64,000 nt of DNA, taken from contig NW_003314292.1 of assembly GCF_000143415.4 (NCBI RefSeq), positions 252,590 to 316,589 of the forward strand, given 5' to 3'. Below the pieces are notes generated by a model. It saw only the letters and a program-made list of their open reading frames with translations, had not been told where the DNA came from and made no database searches. Of this stretch, positions 33,468-45,529 are shown one piece after another. Numbering within the stretch: position 1 is the stretch's first letter; each line of letters opens with the position of its first letter. The stretch comes from Selaginella moellendorffii. Its lineage: Eukaryota; Plantae; Lycopodiophyta. Position numbers and translations under genes: made by a program.

Positions 33468-36400
33468 TGATGTCATCTCCACCGCAGTCTCGGTCAAGTT
33501 CGGGGGCGACGCATGTCCAAGCTGCCACCGCAAGCTCGGAAGATCGACTGATGGAGTTTCTGGCCTGTTTCCTTGGAAAGGCTTCTGGGACCGAAGACCG
33601 GTGTTCATGGCACCCAAGATTTTTCTTATGCATCTCTGTTTTTTTTTGTTTTTTTTCTTTCTAGGTGCACAAGGAGGAGTCGATACGTCTTGTAAATGAA
33701 TGAGGAGCTGCGAGCCGTTGTAGAGGAGCCAAGCGTCACTCCAGAGATCGCCACTACGATCAGGATACTGCTCGAAGGCAAGAACGAAGACAAAGTTCCC
33801 GGGATCCAGAAGTTATCGTCCTTGAGGACTGTAAGTGGTCCCCTTCGAGTTTACTGGCTTCTAGGTATGCGTGCGCTCTGGAAGAGATGTTCATCTTCCG
33901 GGAGAGAACACAGGAGAGCCTCCAGACGCTTACTCCTCTCACGGATTCCTTCGATCAGGTTTGGATTTCCTCGAGTGTAGCTGATGGCTTTGTCCCAGTT
34001 GATGCAGGGCGTTTTCTCCAGGCAGCAGATTCTCGTTCTTGGCCTGTTTCGAAGGGAAGTTCTTACATTGAGCTACGAGGTCGTGAAGTAAACACGCATG
34101 GCTTCCAGTTCAGATAACAGCCGAGATGGGATGGGGTGTAAGAGAAACACATCAAAGCACAATCTTCGCAATGGGGAGCTGTCTGGAATACCGAAAGCTG
34201 CAGCAGACGCCATGCGTACTTGGATCTACGACCATTTTGACAATCCGTAAGGTTTTTTTTGTTTTATTTTATTTTAGTTCTAGAATTAATCAGGAATTTA
34301 ACTTGCAGGAGACCGGGCAAGAGCCAGAGACAAGAATTCTCGAGACAATGGAATATAACAATGAGTCAGGTTGACAATTGCTTTGCCAACGCGAGAGTGC
34401 CATTGGTATATGTGATACGAGCTTTTCAAGCTGGAATCTGAGTTTTTTTCTTCTTCCTCATCTTTTAGGCCCACGAACTATATAGACTTGCACTTGGCGA
34501 GGCTGAACCTAACACAGTTCTTTAGAATGAGTTATTAGAAATCTTGTTTTCTTGCAGGTCCACAAAATAAAATAAAATGTGAGACCAGATTGCTATTTAC
34601 CGGCGAACGAATCGATTTACACGTCCGCTTTGTAATCCATCTTGAGCACAAGATGATCAAGCATGCAATGAAAACACGGAGACATTTATGTTATTCTGAA
34701 TCCAATAAAGGTGGTAAAAGGTTAAAAGCAAATATTTGGAAGTTTAGGGTTCTTATTCAGAATATAGCACACTGACCGCTCTTGTGCTAGTGGTGCAAGC
34801 TCTTTTACCATTGAAGAATTTTTGGAGCAACTCCTGGATTTTTGGATATACAGGTTGAACCAAAAAGCCAATAAAAACCATATTATGGATCCCTCAGCCA
34901 CTTTTCCATGGGCTCCATGTGCAGAAGGTGGTATTGAAGCCAAATACCATCAAACAGTGAGTCAATCTCAAGGGTGGGTTGGGTAGTTGATAAGAGCATC
35001 CTTTTTGGACTCAAGTGCTCTGGGATTGCTGCTGATGCCTTTCTTCCTTTTGAACTCTTGGATGAAATGGTACGCAATCATATTATGGTACAACACCGCA
35101 ATATATCCACATTCTTCTTGTCCTCATTATTATTGGACTCATAAGATGCATATGATGGAGTTGATTTCTCTTCTAAATGAGGAGCTGTGAGATGTTGTAG
35201 GGCTGCCAAGTGTTACTCTAGAGATCGTCGCTACAATCATGATGCTGCTCCAACCAAGGCAAGAACAATGACAAAGTTCCCATGAACCAGATATTATCAT
35301 CTTTGAGGACTCAACTCCAAATTTACTGGCTTAGAGAAGATTTAAGCTCGTTAATGCAGAGGTATGTGTGCACTCTGGAAGATCTATATTCATCCACCGG
35401 GAGAGACCTCACTAGAGTCCAACTTACTCCTCTCCTGCATTCCTTCAGTCAGGTTTAGATTTCCCCTGAGTGTAGCTCTGATGGTTTTTGTGCCAGTTGA
35501 GGCTGGTGGTTTTCACCAAGCAGCAAAGTTTCATTCTTGGCCTCTTTCAAAGGGAAGTTTTCATATTGAGCTACGAGGACTTTAACTTGAAGCAAGTGTC
35601 AGGAAGAAGAATTCTCAGAGGCAATGGAATATATTATAACAGGGAGACTGGGTTGACGATTGGTTTACGAACACCTTGCTATAGTTTCAAGCTGGAATCT
35701 GAGGGTAATGTTTTTTCATTTACGGGCTCTCGAGCTCAACAAACTTGCACTTCGCGAAGCTGATTCTAACACATGCATGGATTCAGAGGACAAGTGAACC
35801 TTTTGGATGAGTGATTAGAAATCTATATAGATATCGATATGACCAAAAATTTATGTAAAAAGTAAGGTGGAAGTGGGCACTGGCCGAGGTCATTTCCCTG
35901 GTTTGTTCTCATTGCTTCATTTTCTTTCCTAGGTGTAGGTCTCGACTCAATGCAGCTCTTTCAGATCGATCTTCTTCCAGGTGAGCAAGAAAGAAAAAAA
36001 AATTCTTTTCATCTCCAGACTGCACTACATAATTGGGTTTCTTTCCACATATGAGGTCATGGATCTCCTCGCCAAGTTTTCCAAACCTCCCCCTCATAAT
36101 GAAGATGAAAAGATTTGCCAGATGTTTCTCCTCGTGTCTCCGCAATCTCGATTGAGTTACGCCACTGTAGGAAGTCCCCTTGCAAATGCCAAGGATCTGG
36201 AGCTCCTGAAAAGGGAGAGGTCTGTTTCCTTGGAACTGATTCTTGAAGAACTGGAAAAAGCACAATGAAAGCTCCAACCATGCAAAAGAGACACTGGTGA
36301 GAAGATTGATGCAAGATCTTCTTCATGTTTACTATGTTTTATCTATGGAGTTGATTCGTATTCTAGATGAAAAGCTACGAGCTGTTGTGGGGGAGCCAAG

Positions 36401-37090
36401 CGTCATAGTCCTTGAGGACTGTAAGTGGTCACCTTCAAATTTTTCTGGCTTGATTCAGTCGGGTTTGGATTACCTCAAGTATAGATTTGATGGTTTTTTG
36501 TGCCGGTTGAGGCAGGATGTTTTCACCCAGTAGATTCTCATTTTTGGCCTCTTTCAAAGGGAAGTTTTTGCATTGAGCTACGAGGTCCTGAACAAGAACA
36601 CATGCATGGCTTCCAGTGTACTGATTGTGTCTTGATAAGCCACATTGATCTTCCAGATGCCTACAAGCACAGGATGGGGCATAAGAAGAGAAACACGACC
36701 CCAAAGCACACTCTATGCAATGGGGAGCTATCTGGAACAAGAGGGTGTCTCTCGAAAGCTGCAGCAGATGCCATGCATACTTGGATCCTCGACCATTTGG
36801 GCAATCCGTACGTTTTCTTCTTTATTTTCAGATTTTCATTAATCAAGAATTTAGCTGCTTGCAGTATGCTGACCAGGAGCCAGAAAGGTAAATTCTTAAC
36901 GCAACATGGAACATAATAAGGAGACAGGTTGACTATTGGTACTTGAATGCAAGAGCACAAGTATCCGCTAGCTTTTCACACTCTTGAGGTTTTTTTTAAT
37001 TTGCAAGCTCACAAGCTGAATAGAGTTTCGCTTGAGGAGCTAACAAAGTTGCACCTGGCGATGCTGATTCCAACATGAGTTAGAGAACAA
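33468..37090 (+). pseudogene. Three degenerate tandem copies of an unknown spliced gene
   Basis: Module NEELRAVV.EPSV...GFVPV(D/E)AG.F....S..WP.SKGSF.IELRG recurs at about 33700, 35180 and 36360, with stops and frameshifts. Confidence 0.65.
34790..35075 (-). pseudogene. Fragment of cytosolic HSP70
   Basis: Reverse strand reads HFIQEFKRK..ISSNPRAL, LSTTQ.TLEIDSLFDGI, MEP.EKWLRD and QELLQKFFNGK, with frameshifts and deletions. Confidence 0.8.
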
Positions 37091-37859
37091 GTGTGTTGTC
37101 AAAGCCACACATAAATCTCAGTATGTTTGGATCATCACAGTGCAAATAAACACCAGTCTATATTAGCATTACTGGATGGTTTGGACAAGCTGGTTTTTAG
37201 GCCCAACAGCGCATGAACGAACTTTGGTTTCATGTGGCTGTTTATTACATGGGAGCACTTGGGACAGTGTTTTTGGAACCGGAAAGCCAAACAAACTTCT
37301 TTTGAGGGAACTTCTATTATGGCTACACTCATGCCATATGTTATCACCTTATCTTCTACAAGGAGATGATGATGGAAGTTGTAGAAAAATTAGCCATGAG
37401 GCCTCTCTCGCTCACTGCCACTAGCACTCTCAAAGTAGATGGAGTTTCTCATGCTCCCACCTCATTTCAATCACAGCATGCCTGATTCCTGGCTAAACTC
37501 AAGTCCATCAGACTCTTTTGATTATGAGTTGACATCAAGAAAGCGAACCAGGTATAACACTCGAGGCAGTTTTGCTCCACCACCTTGAAATCTCAGATCC
37601 AGGATAGAACAGAACAGCTACACCACCTTCTGGCCCCTCCTCTGTGAACCAGCCAACACACCAAAATCATGGCCATGGCAGAGGAAGTAACTTGTCTAAT
37701 TGTGGTCGCTATGGTTTTTATTCTACTTCCTTAGCATGCTAACACCATATATATAAGTGCGTTGAGAGAGGCTGAGCAGAGCATTTTTCATGATATTACA
37801 TTCTAGTGTTGTGCTTACATAACTACATTTTCGGTCTCATGCATCTACACAAAGACATA

Positions 37860-39330
37860 TAGAAAACTATTTCCAACTGGCTACACAAAACGAAGTGCCC
37901 GAAGTCTCTATGTCGGAAAGTACATGCGATCTTGATGATTGTGAGGAACTAGTAGATGAAATGGATGGATCACAAAGGCACTTAACAATCAAAATGTTAT
38001 GCGAGAAGTTACACATATAGAAATGTTTATGCATTCGAAGTACTTTGAAAAAAGTATTAATTCCATTGTTTTTTAACAGTGTTCGGGCCTGAAATAGAAT
38101 CGCTTTATGATAAATTATTCCGCTGCCCAACTAAATTGGTTTCAGAAATTTATGAAAAATGACTATATTTGCTCATTTAAAATTCACAACCCTAATGCAG
38201 CCACTGTAAAAGGCATTTAGATATTAAAAAGTAGTAAATAACATTTCAATCTCAACACAATAAAACCTATATTGATGAAAGTAATTGGTTTTTAGAATGC
38301 TTATATCTCATTAGCCTGGATAAAGCAGAAAATAATACTGTATTTATCAGTAAGAACTTCATTCATAGAGAAGTTTTACATCAATTAGAAGGGCCAAACT
38401 TCTCTCCTTTATTAGGAGATTTTGAGGTTTTATGATCCACTTTAAGTGACAAAATCATAGCACTACTCCCACAACAAGATTATATTGAAAAGAATACATC
38501 TCATGTAAAGCACATTAATGAATGTTTTGATGCCTAACAAATGTAGTGGCATGTATGTATACAGATCTAGTCAACCTAATAACTGCCTATTCTTAAGTGA
38601 AATCCTATTACCTTCAATTTGGAACATGACTATTCAAACCAATTTTTTTTGGTTAATTAATTCCATAATTGAATTTTCCCTCATCTCCCAAGTGACCACT
38701 GCAAGGTGAAAGTGGTTTTATTAGTGTCATAAAGACCTTTCTTATACTAATATGGTGGCCAACTCAAAAACGCGATGTATGCGATGGAAAATGGAAATGC
38801 AAGCTAGATTAAGATGGATGCTTGCATGAATTCTTGGCTAGTAGAAAATAGATATATTCAATTAGTGTGGAAGCAAAAAGCTGGTATACCTATGTGTTAA
38901 CCTGTATGGTATAACCTATTTATTTTCTTTAAAAATATCCTCACTTAAAATTGACATACTAAAGCAATTTGCACATGCCTCAAAATATATGGACGACCTG
39001 CTCATTATCAATAGACCTTAGCACGAGTTGATTTTAGGATTATAAACAGGGTCGGAAAATATAAAATAAGTTTTAAAAGAAGAGATAGTAACAACATATG
39101 TCTAATAGAAAATACACCCTGAAAAAGTATGATAAACAAGATAAGCTTCCTTTTAACATAACAAAATACCTTCATTTAGCACCTATTTCCACCTATATGT
39201 TCACAAGTTGCCCTCATGCCATATACTTCATTTAGAGTAAAGATCGCAATCAACTCAATTAATCAGATTATAGAGGTTTTTGCCAAGAATGGCTTTCAGC
39301 AGCATTGACTTCAACATTACATACTTAAAG
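37860..39330 (+). mobile_element. Decayed Penelope-like retroelement reverse transcriptase; ends approximate
   Basis: In order: LDKAENNTVFISK (about 38318), WKQKAGIPM (38868), NLYGITY, KYMDDLLIIN (38983) and YDKQDKLPF (39128); many stops and frameshifts. Confidence 0.75.
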
Positions 39331-39619
39331 CACTTAGCAAGGACTAACTTTCTATACAATAGTACATTTTTCATAGAGCAAAAGGAGAAAACACTGTATC
39401 TCAGATATATGGTGGGTGGTAGCACCCACCACAGTGGGTGCTACCACATGCACCCACTATAGTGGTACCGTGAGAAAGTGGAGGTATCTTCCCAGCGAAC
39501 TACACTAGGCACCATCACAATATAGAATCAGAATGAATATTCTAATATAAACTTAATTCTTTAGGGCAACCGTGAAAACCATGAATCAATTTGTTTGGGA
39601 TGGCAAATCCAGCTCATTC

Positions 39620-40490
39620 ATTCATGCTGTATCAGGTACTCGATGCTCTTACTCCCACACTGCTCACTGTTCGTGAATTATCTAAGCTTTTTGCAAGTAA
39701 ATGATCTGTGAAAAGCTTAAACTTCAGGAACTGGAGGTAAGCAAACCGAAGATCATACAAGAAAGCAAAGCTTTCTTGGTATGAACAGGTAGGACAATGT
39801 CCAGGCCTTTCCAAGTCACATGATGGCAGTACATATTCAGACGATGTTTTGTTGATATTTTGGATGATTCTTTTTGGGTGTTAGCCCCAGGGTGAGAATC
39901 ACTGCCGCAGTATGGAGTGCAACCTTGCAATCCAAAAATTCACATATTTCCTGGCTCTTGGAGTCATCTCGGCTTAAAATCTTGTTTTGTGTGCGTGCAG
40001 GAAACAAAAGTTTATTATATCTCATCGGTTTCATGAGCCTTGAAACTTCAGCCAAGGGACAAGACAAGACATCAAAGGCTCTCATTCGATCGCACAAGAC
40101 AGTTATTCTATCAGCTGAATTCGGCGCCGTTTCAGCTTATTCCATCCCGTGCTGGGATCTTCTGAAACATCTGATTTGCGCGGTCGAAATGGCCGCAGTC
40201 GAGACACCCTGGATCATCACATTTAATCAATCCAATCGAACCTTGCTCAACGTGACGGGATTCCACTGCGGCATTTTTTAAAACAGCATAGAACAGCAGT
40301 GCCTTGTCATAATGCCCGGTTTGGGTAAGTGCTGCAAGCGTGATGTTGAGTAAATGTTGGGGTTCTCGATCTGCTGGAACGCAGCTGCTACCTCGCATAA
40401 GCTCCCGAGCCGTGCATACATTTGGATGACGAGAATTGCGAGAGATGTGCTCCAGCTCGAGCTGCTCCCATTGATCTGGGCGTGCAAGTC
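39620..40490 (-). pseudogene. PPR-gene relic, plus a segment also present at about 41920-42375 and 43915-44150
   Basis: HAQI...LVIQMYARLGSL.E..AAFQQIENPNIYS PPR-like motifs with frameshifts; tgtatcaggtact...cacactg repeated. Confidence 0.6.
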
Positions 40491-41287
40491 GCCGGGGAGT
40501 TCACTCAGTCATTCATGAAATGTATAGTGAAAAACTAAATTTAAAAATATTCTTTTTAATTTACTTGAGGGTTAGAGCTTTGCTCAACTACCTTTAACAT
40601 AAGTATAAATCAATAATACTTTACCCTTGGATTCAGCTTGATTGGTGCTTGTAATGCTGAACTTGTAATGCTAAACTTGTAATGCTGGTCTTGTAATGCT
40701 GGTAGTGTCCAAGTACAACACGTAACAAGTTTCAGATAGTGAAGACTGACTGGGATTGCCATGACCACTACAAAGTCAAGGTGGTCTTGCCAAAAGCTGG
40801 ACAAATTGCAGTAATATGGTGAGACGCTGCATTACGTTTCTCACCGGAACTAGTTGGACAATTCAAGCAACAAAATTCTCACAGCCATACAGTGCATATC
40901 GAATATCGCAATATTATTTAAAGTCCATGTATAATCAACACGTTTTTCCAGTTCTAGCAAGTCAAATAAGCTTTGACACTCTATTACCTTTTCTCTCTCC
41001 CAGTGAAGATCATCGCTTTAATGGCTCTGCAGCGAACGAACTTTCCACAAAAAAAAGCTTCTAGGGTCTCTGCTCACAAGAACAGAAAGTATACTCACTG
41101 CTTTAAATCAAAAGGAGGTTTAACATTCAAGTTCAAAGCTCATTGTGGAGCTTGAAGTTGTCATTCAACATTTGGGGTGGTTACAGCGAATAAACTGAAA
41201 TTGAAAACGAAAACTACCAATGCTGCAAACACTTGCACAGCAAATTATTGTCAATCCTTTTATTTGGAAGATGTCCAAAGCCTAGCT

Positions 41288-41692
41288 TCAGTTCTCCACA
41301 GCGTTGGGATTTCCAGAGTCCCTGCAATTCGCACAATAATTCAGTGTGGCCTCGCAATTGCCCCCATCGAATGCATGGCTTCCGCAGAGTCGACAAGGCT
41401 GGTTGTCATACACATGGAGAAACTGCTGCTTGAGAACTGCCCCACTCACGGATGGATAGTTGCCATCGCACCTGAAAATTGCGGTGCAATGGCCAGAAAC
41501 ACGAGAAGTGAAGCCATTGTAGATTGTTCCGTCGGTGTAGCGAGAGATTGCTCGTCGGCAATCGGCCTGGTTGACGCGAGATCCACAGAGTCCAGAGCCA
41601 TTGCAGTTGTCGTTCTTGGCACAGCTGGAGGAGCCAAGAAAGATCACAAGAAGAATAGCAAGAAGAGAGAAGAGCTTGAGAGAAGACTCCAT
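41288..41692 (-). CDS. Secreted KP4 killer-toxin-like cysteine-rich protein, copy 1
   Basis: Signal peptide, NCNGSGLC ... CRLCGS ... ATLNY, 10 Cys in the mature part; TATA box (cctatataaa on minus strand) at about 41768-41777. Confidence 0.8.
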   Translation of the reverse strand: MESSLKLFSLLAILLVIFLGSSSCAKNDNCNGSGLCGSRVNQADCRRAISRYTDGTIYNGFTSRVSGHCTAIFRCDGNYPSVSGAVLKQQFLHVYDNQPCRLCGSHAFDGGNCEATLNYCANCRDSGNPNAVEN

Positions 41693-42924
41693 TCGACTAT
41701 GTTAGAAAGAATGCTGTAATGAGGAGCTGAAGTATGAAGAATGATTTTGCCAATGGAATGGTCTGGTTTATATAGGGGTATTTTGAAGACTGCGTCATAC
41801 AGAGTTTACACGATCTCCTGATTTTTAAAGTATTTTCTAATGCAAGAATTTGTTTACAATTAGAACATGCTAGTTGAATAGACTCGCACCAGCATGGCAC
41901 ATTCGATTGTCCCCCCATTCCTGTATCAGGTACTTCGATTTTCTTACTTCCACACTGTTCGCTGTCCGTGAATTTTCGGAGTACACAATAAGCTGTCTAC
42001 AGGCTCTTGAATTCCACCGATTTAAGGCTGAGCCATCCTTTGCATTTAACAAGTTACGGGATTCATCTACAGATGATAATTTTGTTGTTTTTCTCGGCTG
42101 GTTCTTCTCCGGGTGCCAAAACGTGACCGCAGTACTATGGAGTGCTCGAAGAAAACCTGGCAAATCCAAAAGCAATTTTAAGTACTTCACATCGCTTGGA
42201 ATCTACAATCCCGCTTAAATCTTGTTAAATCTCATCAGAATTTTACCAAGAAACAAGACAAGGCAAGCTTCATCGATCGCTCGCATAAACAGTTCGATAA
42301 GAAAAAGAAAGAAATCAAGAAACTCAAATAAGACTGTTTCCTCTAGCCTTTCTCGTTGTAATCTATCAGCTGAATTCGTGCCATGCGCCACCAGGTGGAG
42401 TTTTGGTGACAAGGACACAAAGAGCTATACGTGCTTCACTTCAGGCTGGAAGAACGCTCGAACTTGTCGTGGGTGTTCCTAGGAATACGTTTGTGAGTGT
42501 TTAGTAGAGCGTTTAGGGAGGATACCGGTAACGCTCGACAGTGTGTTTGGCCGAGACTAACCAATCGTCAAATCTCTCTCCTCTCTCTGTGTTTTCGTTT
42601 GCGCACAATTTTTTGCTCAAAAAATGTTATAACAAATATGGATTCAGCTTCATTGGTGCGCCTGTATGGAGCATGTCAAACTTGTAATGCTGGTAGTTTC
42701 CAAGTACAACACGTAACAAGTTTCAGTTGACTACCAAGTCAAGGTGGTCTTGCCAAAAAGCTGGGCAAATTGCAGCAGTTAAATTATAATATGGTGAGAC
42801 GCTGCATTACGTTTCTCACCGGAACTAGTTGGACAATTCAAGCAACCGGGAGTCAAGTAAAACAGAAGTCAAAGTTTAATTGACTAGCTAGAACTTGAAA
42901 AAAGTGTTGTATGCACGGACTTGG

Positions 42925-42993
42925 AGCCACCTACGCCCGATCATTCCAGATAATGCTTGCATCCTCTGTATTACCGCGGCTGCTGGCACAGAG
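42925..42993 (-). other. About 65-bp plastid 16S rRNA fragment (NUPT)
   Basis: Reverse complement CTCTGTGCCAGCAGCCGCGGTAATACAGAGGATGCAAGCATTATCTGGAATGATCGGGCGTA matches the chloroplast-type 515 region with a few substitutions. Confidence 0.85.
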
Positions 42994-43259
42994 TGTCGAT
43001 TGCGATATTTGATAAGTGAAGATCATCGCTCTAATGGCTGTGCAGCGACGGTCTCCGCTCACGAAACAGAAAGTATACTCACTGCTTCAAATCAAAAGAA
43101 GTTTATCAATCAAGTTCAAAGCTCATTGTGGAGCTTGAAGTTGTCATTCAGCATTTGGGGGGTTACAGCGAATAAAAAGCAAACACTAACAACACTGCAA
43201 ACACTTGCACAACAAATTATTGTCAATCCTTTTATTTGAAACATGTCCAAAGCCTAGCT

Positions 43260-43664
43260 TCAGTTCTCCACAGCGTTGGGATTTCCAGAGTCCCTGCAAT
43301 TCGCACAATAATTCAGTGTGGCCTCGCAATTGCCCCCGTCGAATGCATGGCTTCCGCAGAGTCGGCAAGGCTGGTTGTCATACACATGGAGAAACTGCTG
43401 CTTGAGAACTGCCCCACTCACGGATGGATAGTTGCCATCGCACCTGAAAATTGCGGTGCAATGGCCAGAAACACGAGAAGTGAAGCCATTGTAGATTGTT
43501 CCGTCGGTGTAGCGAGAGATTGCTCGCCGGCAATCGGCCTGGTTGACGCGAGATCCACAGAGTCCAGAGCCATTGCAGTTGTCGTTCTTGGCGCAGCTGG
43601 AGGAGCCAAGAAAGAGCACAAGAAGAATAGCAAGAAGAGAAAAGAGCTTGAGAGAAGACTCCAT
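43260..43664 (-). CDS. Secreted KP4 killer-toxin-like protein, copy 2
   Basis: Identical to copy 1 except for an I/L change in the signal peptide. Confidence 0.8.
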   Translation of the reverse strand: MESSLKLFSLLAILLVLFLGSSSCAKNDNCNGSGLCGSRVNQADCRRAISRYTDGTIYNGFTSRVSGHCTAIFRCDGNYPSVSGAVLKQQFLHVYDNQPCRLCGSHAFDGGNCEATLNYCANCRDSGNPNAVEN

Positions 43665-44437
43665 TCGACTATGTTAGAAAGAATGCTGTAATGAGGAGCT
43701 GAAGTATGAAGAATGATTTTGCCAATGGAATGGTCTGGTTTATATAGGGGTAATTTGAAGACTGCGTCATACAGTGTTTACACGATCTCTTGTTTGTTAA
43801 AGTATTTTCTAATGCAAGAACTTGTTTACAACTAGAACATGCTATTTGAATAGACTCGCACCAGCAGTGGGCTAGAGATCGTCACAGCTAGCACATTCGA
43901 TTGTCCCCCCATTCCTGTATCAGGTACTTCGATTTTCTTACTTCCACACTGTTCGCTGTCCGTGAATTTTCGGAGTACACAATAAGCTGTCTACAGGCTC
44001 TTAAATTCCACCGATTTAATGCTGAGCCATCCTTTGCATTTAACAAGTTACGGGATTCATCTACAGACGATCGCTCTCGCATAAACAGTTCGATAAGAAA
44101 AAGAAAGAAATCAAGAAACTCAAATAAGATTGTTTCTTCTAGCCTTTCTACGTGCTTCATTTCAGGCTGGAAGAACGCTCGAACTTGCCGTGGGTGTTCC
44201 TAGGAATACGTTTGCGCACGCCAATTTTCTAGTGTTTTAGTAGAGCGTTTAGGGAGGATGCCGGTAATCTCTCTCCTTTCTCTCTGTGTTTTCGTTTACA
44301 CACAATCTTTTGCTCAAAAAATGTGTTTCCAAGAAACCGGGATTACGAAGCAGTCAAAGATAACCGGTAAAAGGTTAAAAGTAAAGAATATAAAAGGTGG
44401 TAGCCCTAGAACGCGTGGGAAAATTTTCTCTATCGCA

Positions 44438-45416
44438 TCAGTTATTGGCCAAGACCAAAAAGCCCAAGGACACGTACAAGAGGAACACCGGATAGATGGC
44501 CAGAGCCTTCCGGCTACCCGGCACAGCGGAGCTCATGAAAGGATACACCGCCCAGGAGCTCCACGCCACCGTGACGAGCACCACCACGCTTCTAAACAGC
44601 TTGTTGTCTCGGACCATGCAAATCGCCGCTCCAACAGCCAGCGGGAAGAGGCAGTAGCCCAGCACGCTCAAGCTCTGGAAGAAGATGATGCTGCCACCCT
44701 GCAAATCCATCGAGGGATCCATCACTCGGTCACTGGAGCTCGAAAACAATGGAGAGAACTTACCAGCAAGACTACGTTCACTGTGAGAACCACCGCTCCG
44801 GCCGAGAGAACCGCGAAGACGGTCGCGAAAACTTTGGCCTGGAACACGAGAGAAAAGATCACAAGATCATTTTGGATCGAGAGGAAAGAAACTGCGAAAA
44901 TCTTACCCGATCCGCGGAGGCCGAGTAGGAGAGAACGGTTGCGAGGAAGATGATGAAGAAGAATGGCCCCCAGAGATCCCAATCCTTCAGCGCCTTGCCA
45001 GCGTCCTTGCGGTATGGATTTGGAAACACCACATTCTTGAGGTTCTCAAACACCTGGTTGATATCGCGCTTGAGCGTCTCCCACACTGGCTCCGTGAGAG
45101 TGTCATAGCCGGGGCCGCCCCCAAATCCCGTCATCATCGCTGGAGAGGTCTCGGAGGAAGAGGAGGCATCGAGATTGGCCGCTGGATATGACGGAGGAGG
45201 AGGAGGCGGAGGAGGAGGAGGAGGAGGAGCTCCTTTGGATTTCGCTGCCGATGCCACCGGCGTGACTGGAATTGTGGCGCGCGGCGGGCTGGGCGGCCTC
45301 CTGGAGCTGGAATCTACCGGCGCCGCGGGCTGGACACTTATCTGGAAGAGATTCTCGATCTCGTCGATGTCGGACTGCGACGACGCGTGGAGCGGGATCT
45401 TCTCGATGTCGGCCAT
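44438..45416 (-). CDS. Yip1-domain Golgi membrane protein (YIP4/YIPF6-like)
   Basis: [25 protein letters not shown] and [20 protein letters not shown]; short introns. Confidence 0.9.
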
Positions 45417-45529
45417 GATCCAGCTCCCGCAGATCTAGATCGATCGATTGGTATCGCGCGCGCTAGGGCTTAAGAATCCAAAGAAGAACCCTAATTCCTG
45501 AAGACTTTAATAAAAGGAGATTACATAGT

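Larger units (their letters stand above)
40628..44325. repeat. Tandem segmental duplication (about 2.0 kb + 1.7 kb), each unit carrying a KP4-like gene
   Basis: Units begin tggattcagctt..attggtgc at 40628 and 42639 and end ttttgctcaaaaaatgt at about 42627 and 44324. Confidence 0.9.

Noticed and set aside
42925-42993. rRNA gene or bacterial contamination
   Set aside because: Only about 65 bp, plastid-type, mutated and embedded in a nuclear duplication
41177-43691. Plus-strand ORFs of 180 and 151 aa over the KP4-like genes
   Set aside because: Antisense shadows; the signal peptide, TATA box and synonymous bias all support the minus strand
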